A stretch of DNA of 49,373 bases from Candidatus Roizmanbacteria bacterium (GTDB lineage: Bacteria; Patescibacteriota; Microgenomatia; UBA1406; GWC2-37-13). A program made the position numbers and the translations under genes. The notes beneath the pieces were generated by a model. The model searched no databases and was not told the DNA's origin. It saw only the letters and a list, made by a program, of their open reading frames with translations. Shown piece by piece: positions 1 through 8,160 of the stretch (position 1 is the first letter of the stretch; each line of letters begins with the position of its first letter). The stretch covers positions 1 to 49,373 of the forward strand of contig JBAXPW010000001.1 in the NCBI GenBank assembly GCA_037132015.1. The letters run 5' to 3'.

Positions 1-4
1 TGGG

Positions 5-25
5 GTATGACATTTTCATTTCGGT
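5..25. repeat. 21-bp motif GTATGACATTTTCATTTCGGT. Its exact reverse complement lies at 49326-49346, and a degenerate direct copy lies at 30-49.
   Basis: Read directly. Positions 5-25 equal the reverse complement of 49326-49346. Positions 30-49 (TATGACATTAACATATCGGT) match 6-25 at 17 of 20 positions. Confidence 0.9.
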
Positions 26-131
26 ATACTATGACATTAACATATCGGTCTGATACAGAATAATTTTTTATTGCTTTGGGGAATAAATTGTGCTATTCTT
101 ATCCTGCTCATAAATTATTCTTTATAACCAT

Positions 132-782
132 ATGGATATCAAATATATAGGTCATTCATCATTTTTAATTAAATCAAAGGATGCAAAGGTTGTAATAGAC
201 CCATTTGACAAGTCAATCGGCATTCATTTTCCAAAAACAGAAGCAGACGTGGTAACTATCTCACATCATCATATTGATCACGATTCTCTCTCAAATATTC
301 CGGGAGAGCCACTTGTTATTGATTGGCCCGGAGAATTTGAATGTAAAGGAGTGCGTATTACTGGATATGCATCATATCATGATGCAAAAAAGGGAGAAGA
401 ACGAGGGGAAAATGTGATATATAAATTTGAAGTGGAGGGTATAACAGTCCTTCATATGGGAGATATCGGACATATAGTTGATGATAAGTTAGTAGAAGAA
501 ATCGGTCCAATTGATGTACTTATGATACCAGTTGGTGGTCGATATACCATCGATGCAACGCAAGCATCAGACGTGATAAAGAAGCTAGAGCCAACTATCG
601 TGATACCAATGCATTATAATCATAAAGATCTTGATCAAAAACAATTTGCTGATGTAAACGAATTAGATGTCTTCTTAAAAAAAATGGGAGTAGTTGGTAC
701 AGAGCCAGTTGCACGACTTACACTTAGACCAGAAGATCTGACAGATGAGATGAAGGTTGTGGTGATGTCGTATGGAGCATAA
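132..782 (+). CDS. MBL-fold metal-dependent hydrolase (UPF0173-like)
   Basis: 216-aa ORF with the HxHxDH motif in SHHHIDHD, downstream His/Asp ligand positions, and an N-terminus typical of small MBL hydrolases (MDIKYIGHSSFLI). Confidence 0.85.
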   Translation: MDIKYIGHSSFLIKSKDAKVVIDPFDKSIGIHFPKTEADVVTISHHHIDHDSLSNIPGEPLVIDWPGEFECKGVRITGYASYHDAKKGEERGENVIYKFEVEGITVLHMGDIGHIVDDKLVEEIGPIDVLMIPVGGRYTIDATQASDVIKKLEPTIVIPMHYNHKDLDQKQFADVNELDVFLKKMGVVGTEPVARLTLRPEDLTDEMKVVVMSYGA

Positions 783-852
783 GAGATTAAAGACGAAGGA
801 TGAAAGACTAAAAATTAAGGATTAAATACGAAGGAAGAAAGATTAAAGATTG
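783..852. repeat. Purine-rich array of ten 7-bp units (GAGATTA AAGACGA AGGATGA AAGACTA AAAATTA AGGATTA AATACGA AGGAAGA AAGATTA AAGATTG)
   Basis: Strict 7-bp phasing read directly. TAA/TGA stops occur in all three frames. This is the left arm flanking the four-helix-bundle gene. Confidence 0.85.
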
Positions 853-1158
853 ATGATTATGGAAAATGATGAATTGGGAATTCTATCGAAGGATTTTGCA
901 GTTCAAGTATTGCGTCTAATCGGAACTTTATCTAATAATCGAGCTTATTGGATTATAACTGATCAGCTTGGAAGAAGTGCAACATCAATAGGTGTAAATA
1001 TTCGAGAAGCACAAAGTTCGTCAACCAAAAAGGACTTCATAAATTTCTTCCATATATCCTTAAAAAGTGCAAAGGAGTCAAAATATTGGATAAGTTTATT
1101 AGAAGAAATAGAAACTTCAAAGAGCTATAATAAAGAAATAGAATCTTTAGTTGTATAA
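853..1158 (+). CDS. Four-helix bundle protein (23S rRNA intervening-sequence protein family), apparently truncated or frameshifted at the C-terminus
   Basis: Family-like core (FAVQVLRL...TDQLGRSATSIGVNIREAQSSSTKKDFINFFHISLKSAKESKYWISLL). The track start at 850 is TTG; ATG codons lie at 853 and 859. A family-like C-terminal tail continues in the +1 frame at 1163-1213. Confidence 0.75.
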   Translation: MIMENDELGILSKDFAVQVLRLIGTLSNNRAYWIITDQLGRSATSIGVNIREAQSSSTKKDFINFFHISLKSAKESKYWISLLEEIETSKSYNKEIESLVV

Positions 1159-1222
1159 TTAAACTCAATTGAAAAAAATACTAACAGCCAGTTTAATTAC
1201 AATGAAAAAATAGAGCGGACCA

Positions 1223-1257
1223 TAATCTTTCGTCTTTAATTTTTCATTTTTAATCTA
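1223..1257. repeat. Five 7-bp units, an inverted copy of the 783-852 array (TAATCTT TCGTCTT TAATTTT TCATTTT TAATCTA)
   Basis: The reverse complement reads TAGATTA AAAATGA AAAATTA AAGACGA AAGATTA. Positions 1229-1240 (TTCGTCTTTAAT) are perfectly complementary to 786-797 (ATTAAAGACGAA). Confidence 0.85.
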
Positions 1258-1260
1258 TAT

Positions 1261-2598
1261 ATGTCAAAAGCACTTAAACTTCCACCACAGGATCTCGATG
1301 CAGAACGATCAGTGCTCGGATCAATATTACTTGATTCATCTGCGATTCATCTCGTCTCTGAATTTCTCAGACCAGAATTTTTTTATACATTACAACATCA
1401 ATATATCTATGAATCTATGTTGAGGCTTTTTGAGGCTCAACAGCCAATTGATGTGGTAACGCTAAAAAACCAGTTGCAAAAAGATGGTCAGGTAAAAGAT
1501 ATGGGAGGATTGGCATATCTATCGGAGATAATAAATTCTGTTCCTACTTCGGCAAATATTGAACATTATGGCCAGATTGTAAAAGGTCATTATGCCAAAA
1601 GACGATTGATCGATCTTTCATCACGATTAGTCGAAAAAGCTTTTGATGATACTGGAGATATCAAACAGCTTCTTGATATGGCAGAGTCTGAGATATTTTC
1701 AATCTCACAATCCAATTTACATCGGGATTTTATAGAAATAAAAGATATATTAGGAGAAAGTTTTGAGCGTCTTGAACAAACAATGAAAAATAGTTCAGGA
1801 TATCGCGGTTTGCCTACTGGTTTTGTAGATCTTGATACAAAACTTTCAGGTATGCAGGATTCAAATTTGCTTATTCTTGCAGCACGTCCCGGAGTAGGAA
1901 AGACTACGTTTGCTCTCAATATTGCTCTTAATGTAGCTACAAAATACAATCAAGCAGTTGGATTTTTTTCTCTGGAAATGAGTAAGGAAGAATTGGTAGA
2001 TCGTCTTCTTGTCGGACATGCGGATATTGATGCATGGAAGCTCAAGACAGGCAGATTGAATGATGATGATTATAAAAAGCTTACTGAAGCAATGGGTGAT
2101 CTTTCGACAGCTCCTATATTTATAGATGACACACCGGGGCTTTCAATTCTTGAGATGAGAAGTAAGGCACGAAAACTCAAAGCTGAAAAAAATTTGAAAT
2201 TTTTAGTCGTTGATTATTTACAGCTTGCTGATCCGGGACGAAAATTTGATTCACGTACTCAGGAAGTTTCATTTATTTCACTCGGATTGAAAAATTTAGC
2301 TCGTGAACTTCGTATTCCTGTCCTCGCGCTTTCCCAGCTTTCGCGTATGGTTGAACAACGAGGCACGAAGAGACCTCAACTTTCGGATCTTCGCGAATCG
2401 GGATCTATTGAACAGGATGCAGATGTTGTTATGTTTATTTATGCGGAAGAGGAAAGCGATGACTTGATTGAAAGTAGTAAACGTATGATGAAACTTTCTA
2501 TTCAAAAACATCGTAATGGTGCAGTAGGGGATATTGATATGATGTTCCGTGGTGATCGTGTCAAATTTTTCTCCGTGGATAAAACAAACTCGCTGTAA
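1261..2598 (+). CDS. dnaB: Replicative DNA helicase DnaB
   Basis: 445 aa. The N-terminal region (PPQDLDAERSVLGSILLD) is DnaB-like. Walker A is ARPGVGKTTFALN. RecA-like C-terminal motifs include LVVDYLQL, ALSQLSR and RESGSIEQDADVV. Confidence 0.95.
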   Translation: MSKALKLPPQDLDAERSVLGSILLDSSAIHLVSEFLRPEFFYTLQHQYIYESMLRLFEAQQPIDVVTLKNQLQKDGQVKDMGGLAYLSEIINSVPTSANIEHYGQIVKGHYAKRRLIDLSSRLVEKAFDDTGDIKQLLDMAESEIFSISQSNLHRDFIEIKDILGESFERLEQTMKNSSGYRGLPTGFVDLDTKLSGMQDSNLLILAARPGVGKTTFALNIALNVATKYNQAVGFFSLEMSKEELVDRLLVGHADIDAWKLKTGRLNDDDYKKLTEAMGDLSTAPIFIDDTPGLSILEMRSKARKLKAEKNLKFLVVDYLQLADPGRKFDSRTQEVSFISLGLKNLARELRIPVLALSQLSRMVEQRGTKRPQLSDLRESGSIEQDADVVMFIYAEEESDDLIESSKRMMKLSIQKHRNGAVGDIDMMFRGDRVKFFSVDKTNSL

Positions 2599-2599
2599 A

Positions 2600-2704
2600 A
2601 TAAGTCAAAAGAAAGTTTATCAAGTAAGGTCTAAAGTCAGAAGTGCAAGGTCAAAAGTCTAAGGATTAAAGACAAATGATGAAAGATGAAAAAGTGAGGA
2701 TTAA
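2600..2704. repeat. Purine-rich 7-bp-periodic array (GGTCTAA AGTCAGA AGTGCAA GGTCAAA AGTCTAA GGATTAA AGACAAA TGATGAA AGATGAA AAAGTGA GGATTAA)
   Basis: Eleven phased heptads read from 2628 to 2704, with looser periodicity from about 2600. The array lies between the convergent dnaB and the 2761-3129 gene. Confidence 0.8.
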
Positions 2705-2760
2705 TTTATATTGGTCTCGTATATTAAATTATCTTATTTTACAGTTATTAGATACAAGAC

Positions 2761-3129
2761 TTAAGGTCCACTTACTTGTACATATCCTTTATCTGTTTTG
2801 CCACAGTTAGAAATGTAAGTCCTTCCTGTATGAGGATCGGTCTGCCTTGTGGCATCAGAATTATCTTCAATTCTATCACCATATGCATACCCATGTTCAT
2901 CCACAGCTTGATATAGGCAAGTACCAGATGAGGATGTGCCAGTTGCACCACATGCTGTTAAGACTAAGGCTAGTCCAAATACTCCTAATGTTTGGGTGAA
3001 TCTACGTTGAATTTGAGTTACTAGATCTATTGGAGGTCTTGAATCAGTTCTGCCTATTAAAGCTACAGAACTGTCAGATCTGGGAAAGGAGATTCCTCGA
3101 ACGGCGCCTTGTTGTGATACTTCCGACAT
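2761..3129 (-). CDS. Putative lipoprotein with a twin-arginine-like signal (hypothetical)
   Basis: 122-aa ORF. QRRFTQTLGVFGLALVLTAC combines an RRxF motif, a hydrophobic core and an L-T-A-C lipobox. The region is visibly more GC-rich than its neighbours. Confidence 0.5.
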   Translation of the reverse strand: MSEVSQQGAVRGISFPRSDSSVALIGRTDSRPPIDLVTQIQRRFTQTLGVFGLALVLTACGATGTSSSGTCLYQAVDEHGYAYGDRIEDNSDATRQTDPHTGRTYISNCGKTDKGYVQVSGP

Positions 3130-3202
3130 TTTTATAAAATTTGATTATATGAATAATAGTATATATTATATACATAACAAATATGTATGTCAATGGGATA
3201 AT

Positions 3203-3514
3203 TTATTGGAGATTGAGCCATTTGTCCATATATGCTTGGACTTTGGCGCCCATATAATGATTTATCCAAAGAATCATAAAAGAAAAAGTCATCACAACCA
3301 TCACAGATTGTATCCGATATTCAGCAGGAGAAAGATAGATGATAATACCAGCAAAAACACCAAGCATTGACGCGATTGCTTCACGCCATCGATGAATAGA
3401 TTCGCGTACTGCAAAGCGATAATTCTCATCCTTAATATCCATGTACCAGTATTTCTTAATTTTAGGGTGTGAATTAAATATTCCTAGTAATGGTACGACA
3501 AATTGTGAAATCAT
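3203..3514 (-). CDS. Hypothetical small membrane protein
   Basis: 103-aa ORF with two hydrophobic segments. It is preferred over the overlapping + strand ORF 3149-3370, which is low-complexity. No recognisable family. Confidence 0.4.
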   Translation of the reverse strand: MISQFVVPLLGIFNSHPKIKKYWYMDIKDENYRFAVRESIHRWREAIASMLGVFAGIIIYLSPAEYRIQSVMVVMTFSFMILWINHYMGAKVQAYMDKWLNLQ

Positions 3515-3613
3515 AGATATATTTCTAAAAATAGATGATTACTACTCAATCTCTATGCTGAATTATATACTATAAGTCATTAGAATACAACAGCGAAGAA
3601 AAAAGATGTGAGT

Positions 3614-4120
3614 TTATCGTTTTTTTTCAACAAAATAGAGAGTTAGTTGTGTTATAAGATATCCAATAATAGCTCCAGCAATCGTATCTGAAACATAATG
3701 ACAACTGAGATAAATACGAGAAATAGCCACACAAAGAGCAAAAAGATAATACAAATATTTTCGTTTTGGATCATAATAGGCGATTATGCTTGCTCCTGCA
3801 AAGGCTACGGTGCTATGTCCTGAAGGAAAGGAAAAATCAGTAGTACAGAAATGATAAATATCTTCAGGTCGAACACGCTTAAATATGAACTTTAAGATAT
3901 ATTGTGATATACCAAAAGATCCAATCACACTGATAAAAAATGAATAGAAAAAAAACCTATGTTTTTTTTCTTCAAACATGATGAAAAAGAGTAGGATAAT
4001 AATCCATAAAGGAATAGAATAGCCAAGACCAGAAAAAAAACTAAATATCGTATCAAACAATGCGTTGTGTGGAAAGAATAATCGAATTGTATTGGTAATG
4101 AAATAGTCAAATTCAAGCAT
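3614..4120 (-). CDS. PAP2-family phosphatase (undecaprenyl-diphosphatase-like)
   Basis: All three PAP2 motifs are present (KRVRP, PSGHS, SRIYLSCHYVSD) in a polytopic membrane protein. Confidence 0.85.
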   Translation of the reverse strand: MLEFDYFITNTIRLFFPHNALFDTIFSFFSGLGYSIPLWIIILLFFIMFEEKKHRFFFYSFFISVIGSFGISQYILKFIFKRVRPEDIYHFCTTDFSFPSGHSTVAFAGASIIAYYDPKRKYLYYLFALCVAISRIYLSCHYVSDTIAGAIIGYLITQLTLYFVEKKR

Positions 4121-4135
4121 ATTTAATGATACTAA

Positions 4136-4690
4136 TTATTTCTTGGGATTGTAGGTGTATAAATCATGTATTCCTTTATACTTTTTTTCCTGATCTTTCA
4201 AGTAGGGTATAGGATAATAATAAGAGATGATAGAAAGATCAGATAATATTGTTCGTGCTTTTTTTATCACTCGTTCTACAAACCATGGAGAGATGTATAC
4301 ATACAGAGTATGATATTTATATTGTTTATATTGATCCCAGTCGAGGGAAAACATATCTTGAGAGGAGATAATAATTTGTTTGCGATTGGGGTGAAAAAAT
4401 CTTTTAATATGCAGGATACCAATTAGTATAGGATTGATTTCGATTGCGACAAAAACAGTGTTCAATCCTTTTTCAAATGTTATATGAGCCGATTCAAAAA
4501 TAATCCAACCATCTCCCGCTCCTGCATCGATAAATATCTGATCATTTTTGAGAGTAATATGTGAAAATATAAGATTTTTATCTCTATGATTAGAGGGAAA
4601 GTAGGGGATAGGGGAGAGTTTTTTTGATGTAAAAATCTCGAGGATTATAAATCCTATTATGACGATAAATCCTACTATCAACCAGATCAT
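4136..4690 (-). CDS. Membrane-anchored class I SAM-dependent methyltransferase-like protein
   Basis: N-terminal TM helix followed by a motif I-like FIDAGAGDGWII. Confidence 0.5.
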   Translation of the reverse strand: MIWLIVGFIVIIGFIILEIFTSKKLSPIPYFPSNHRDKNLIFSHITLKNDQIFIDAGAGDGWIIFESAHITFEKGLNTVFVAIEINPILIGILHIKRFFHPNRKQIIISSQDMFSLDWDQYKQYKYHTLYVYISPWFVERVIKKARTILSDLSIISYYYPIPYLKDQEKKYKGIHDLYTYNPKK

Positions 4691-4708
4691 TATGATTTAT
4701 AATTCGTA

Positions 4709-5425
4709 TTATTTACAATTTGATTTTGAGACAGATACGAAATATTTTTGTGTTGAATTTTTGATGGTATATGAATATTCCATATTAATATCTTGATCTA
4801 TGAAATTTTTTGTCTGTTTATTTTGACAAACACCTGCTATCAAACTTTTTTTCAAGATATCATCGGATAATTTTTCGACATTTGCGCCAGAGAGTATATA
4901 ATGATAACGAATTGCTCCAGACTCAGCAGTTAAATTAACTAAAGTTGTGAGCTCATCAATTTTATAAGGTAATGTTATTTGTTCTTTTGCTGATTTGATT
5001 GCTTCGTTGATTATATTACTTTTTAAATCACTTCCAGTTGACTCCATACTTTTTTTAGAAGTTGTTTTTTGACCTTGATTTTGCATTTCTAAGATTTTAT
5101 TAACAACTGGATGTTGATCTGTAGCTCCCATATATGCCCCGATTGATGCATTAGCAATAGTTAGAACTAACCCAATAATGCTCAACACAATTCCAGCTGT
5201 GGCTATGCCATGTTTTAAAGATTTTGTTCCTTTAATTCCAAAAATAAGACCAACTATCGTGATAGGCAGACCCAAAATAGGAAGAAGCCAAGCTATAATT
5301 CCAATAATTCCCAATACTAAACTCGTTGTTGCTTTGCCATTAAGCTTTGCATCTCCTTGATTGTTTGAAGGAATAGTTACTTGAGTAATTGGAGGACTAA
5401 TTGGACTGATAGTTTCATTATCCAT
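4709..5425 (-). CDS. DUF4190-type membrane protein with a C-terminal soluble domain
   Basis: Gly/Ile-rich double TM region (TSLVLGIIGIIAWLLPILGLPITIVGLIFGIKG) is typical of DUF4190. The rest has no assignable function. Confidence 0.55.
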   Translation of the reverse strand: MDNETISPISPPITQVTIPSNNQGDAKLNGKATTSLVLGIIGIIAWLLPILGLPITIVGLIFGIKGTKSLKHGIATAGIVLSIIGLVLTIANASIGAYMGATDQHPVVNKILEMQNQGQKTTSKKSMESTGSDLKSNIINEAIKSAKEQITLPYKIDELTTLVNLTAESGAIRYHYILSGANVEKLSDDILKKSLIAGVCQNKQTKNFIDQDINMEYSYTIKNSTQKYFVSVSKSNCK

Positions 5426-5524
5426 AATAAAAATGATCGAACTAATAATATCTTATCCCTCTACCATGAAATGGCTAGAGTTCATAAAAACTTACAAACA
5501 GTAAACGTATTGTAAGATTGTGTG

Positions 5525-5609
5525 TGCCGAGGGAGGGAATCGAACCCTCATCCCGCAGAGCGGGACAAGTTTTTGAGACTTGCCTGTATACCAGTTCCAG
5601 CACCTCGGC
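5525..5609 (-). tRNA. tRNA-Leu (anticodon CAA), class II with a long variable arm; no encoded CCA
   Basis: Hand-folded from the sequence. Acceptor stem GCCGAGG/CCTCGGC. D stem of 3 bp. Anticodon stem CAAGT/ACTTG with loop CTCAAAA. Variable arm CCCGC-TCT-GCGGG. T arm GAGGG-TTCGATT-CCCTC. Discriminator A. Confidence 0.9.
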
Positions 5610-5724
5610 ATAGATAACGAATAACCAACAGATGACGCTATTTATTATTTCATTAAGGTATATTATAGCATTTTCTTTGAGAACTGGGCTTGTATGTTTT
5701 AGAAGAATTATGCATAATTAAAAT

Positions 5725-8136
5725 ATGCAAGATTCCATAGATTTATCTTTCCAATCTCTTCCTCAGGAACAAGTAGGAAGTAATAAAATAGCATTTGTTC
5801 TCCTTGGTCTTATATTAGTATTACTTATTGTTGTTTCTGTTCTTTTTTTTAATTCTTCAAAAGAAAAAATAGATAATAAACCCATCACAACTGAATCGCT
5901 CAAGTTAAGTCGGTTTAATGCTTCAATTCAACGTGGAGAAAATAGTATTAGCACTCGTTTCAGTTCAAAAAAAGCTATCTACCAGTCTGATAAAAAAGGT
6001 GAAGAAGCATCAAAGGATTTTATACAAAAAGTTGTAAAAGAAAATCCGGAACATTTTCCTTCAGGGATAGAAAAAAACATACTTTTTACTCAGGTAGATA
6101 CTGGTGAAGCCTATAAAAAAATAAATCCAAAATTGGACGTCCAGCATTTTTATTATGTGCAAAAAATAAATGATATTCCTGTAAATGGGAGTTATATTAA
6201 TGTTGCAGTGTCGAATGGAAGTGAAATCGCTGGATTTGACTCAAAACTTCTGACTAATATGTCAATGAGTGATGCTACAGTTACAGCCGGACAAGCAGAG
6301 CAGATAGCTCTTGAAGAAGTGAAAAAGGAAAATATTGGTGGAGGTGCGATAGTGAAATCGAGTGTTAAACAAATATTGAATCTCAAATTGCTTGGGATCT
6401 CGGAGGACTCTTCAAATCATGTTGTTCAAATGATACACATCGTCGGCGATGATTCATCCAAACTCTTTGACACCATCTATTTTATTAGTCTATTAGATGG
6501 AAAAGTGATTTATTCACAAAATAGGGTTACTTCATTGACGATGAATAGGACGGTGCAGTATGGATGTCATACAGGAGGTGCAAATAGCAATAAAACATTA
6601 ATTTGTAATGATAAACGAACTGAAAGTCAATCAGCAGTGGGTGATGCAGATGTCGACACAATGTTTAATTATCTAAAAGATAATATGTTATTTTATTCTC
6701 AACGATTTAATCGGAATTCATATGATGATGCGGGAGCTCCGCAAATCGGCAAAGTAAAGATTCCATCTGATTTTGAAAGTTGTCCAAATGCTTTTTCTGT
6801 TAATGGAATGATATATCTTTGTCCCAGAATGGTTGCAGTTGATGTGGTTGCTCATGAATGGATGCACGGAATAACATATTCAACTGCTAATTTTAATCCA
6901 GAAAATCAACCGGGTTCTTTGCACGAATCATTTTCTGATATATCTGCAGTGATGTTTGATAATAATTGGACTATTGGCGAAAACACCGCTGTACCAGATA
7001 TTGGTGTTCGTAATCTTGTACATCCTGAAAATGGTAGTCAACCAGACAGATTATTTTCTTCAAATTACAAATGTGCAACAAATCTGAATATTTGTGATAA
7101 AAAAAACGATTTTTGTTATATTCACCATAATAATACCGTCCTAACAAAAGCTTTTTATCTGATGTCTGAGGGAGGAAGTTTTAATGGTTGTGAAGTGCAA
7201 GGAGTAGGAAAAGAAAAAGCATATAACACGTTATATATGACAGTTACTTTGGGGCTATATGGCAATACATCTGGTAATCTTCATGATGTGTATGATCAGG
7301 CTGTGATTCAATGTAATACAATGTATGATTCTGCAACATGTGAAAAAATAAAAGTAGCAATGCAAGCGACCGAGATGGATCTCCAACCACTAGGAGATTC
7401 AGTAGGAGCTAAATGCCGAAGTAATTTAGTTGCAAAATATACAGGACCAACATGTAAAGGAGTTAGCGGTCAAAATAATACAAATACTAATACTAATACT
7501 AATACTAATCCAACATCTGGATACACTATTCCTTCACCACCACCCGTGAATACTACCTCTCCAACATCAGCACAAACCACATCTTCGCAATCTACAACCA
7601 CTCAAACAAATACTCAAACAAATTCAACTAATGGTACAACCATATCAACCACTGGATCAGGGAATTATGCCTGTGAAACACCGGGAAATCCACAAAAACC
7701 AACTATATCAAGTAGCATATCAAATAATAAAGTAACATTTAAGTGGTCAACATCAAAATCACAAGAAAGTTATTACTTTCGATTAGTATTAGCTGGAAAA
7801 AAAAGTGGAGCGCCTGATATCATTCTCGATAGAATTAAAACTCATTCGTTGACTTTTAACATAGCAAAAGGAGCATCCTCATCATGTAATACAGATTCCG
7901 CTATGAATGGTTCATGTTCATTGCCTGAAGGAGTGCATAGTTGGTGGGTACATTCATTTTGCCCTGATTTAAGCGCATCTAGATCTACAGATACAATAAG
8001 TGATGCAACAGGAGGTACCATTGATCTTAAAATTGGTGTTACAAATACCACAACATCAAGAGGGATTGTTGCATCTCCCTCTTCTACGCCAACTCCCTCA
8101 TCGGGAATAGGACAGGGAATATTGAAGTTTGATTAA
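5725..8136 (+). CDS. Secreted or membrane-anchored M4 (thermolysin-like) zinc metalloprotease with a Thr/Ser/Asn-rich linker and a C-terminal Cys-containing domain
   Basis: N-terminal TM anchor. HExxH motif in VVAHEWMHG, and the third zinc-ligand motif in GSLHESFSD about 20 aa later. A low-complexity T/S/N/P linker is followed by a domain of about 170 aa. Confidence 0.85.
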   Translation: MQDSIDLSFQSLPQEQVGSNKIAFVLLGLILVLLIVVSVLFFNSSKEKIDNKPITTESLKLSRFNASIQRGENSISTRFSSKKAIYQSDKKGEEASKDFIQKVVKENPEHFPSGIEKNILFTQVDTGEAYKKINPKLDVQHFYYVQKINDIPVNGSYINVAVSNGSEIAGFDSKLLTNMSMSDATVTAGQAEQIALEEVKKENIGGGAIVKSSVKQILNLKLLGISEDSSNHVVQMIHIVGDDSSKLFDTIYFISLLDGKVIYSQNRVTSLTMNRTVQYGCHTGGANSNKTLICNDKRTESQSAVGDADVDTMFNYLKDNMLFYSQRFNRNSYDDAGAPQIGKVKIPSDFESCPNAFSVNGMIYLCPRMVAVDVVAHEWMHGITYSTANFNPENQPGSLHESFSDISAVMFDNNWTIGENTAVPDIGVRNLVHPENGSQPDRLFSSNYKCATNLNICDKKNDFCYIHHNNTVLTKAFYLMSEGGSFNGCEVQGVGKEKAYNTLYMTVTLGLYGNTSGNLHDVYDQAVIQCNTMYDSATCEKIKVAMQATEMDLQPLGDSVGAKCRSNLVAKYTGPTCKGVSGQNNTNTNTNTNTNPTSGYTIPSPPPVNTTSPTSAQTTSSQSTTTQTNTQTNSTNGTTISTTGSGNYACETPGNPQKPTISSSISNNKVTFKWSTSKSQESYYFRLVLAGKKSGAPDIILDRIKTHSLTFNIAKGASSSCNTDSAMNGSCSLPEGVHSWWVHSFCPDLSASRSTDTISDATGGTIDLKIGVTNTTTSRGIVASPSSTPTPSSGIGQGILKFD
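7477..7509 (+). repeat. Hexanucleotide microsatellite (AATACT)n, about 5.5 units, encoding (NT)n
   Basis: AATACA AATACT AATACT AATACT AATACT AAT read directly inside the protease linker. Confidence 0.9.
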
Positions 8137-8160
8137 GAGGTTGCATCTTTAGGTGGTGAT

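Noticed and set aside
1590-2511. Antisense ORFs (119 aa and 71 aa) inside dnaB
   Set aside because: They are fully contained in a strongly supported conserved gene and have no recognisable features.
3149-3370. A + strand 73-aa ORF overlapping the 3203-3514 minus-strand ORF
   Set aside because: It is low-complexity and His/Lys-rich, with no hydrophobic pattern. The minus-strand ORF has coherent TM segments. Neither is strongly supported.
5525-5609. tRNA-Leu as the attachment site of an integrated island extending toward the GC-richer gene at 2761-3129
   Set aside because: No integrase gene lies nearby, and I could find no direct repeat of the tRNA 3' end in the neighbouring 3 kb.
7477-7509. 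The (AATACT)n repeat as a phase-variation (on/off) switch of the protease
   Set aside because: The unit is 6 bp, so slippage keeps the reading frame and changes only the linker length.
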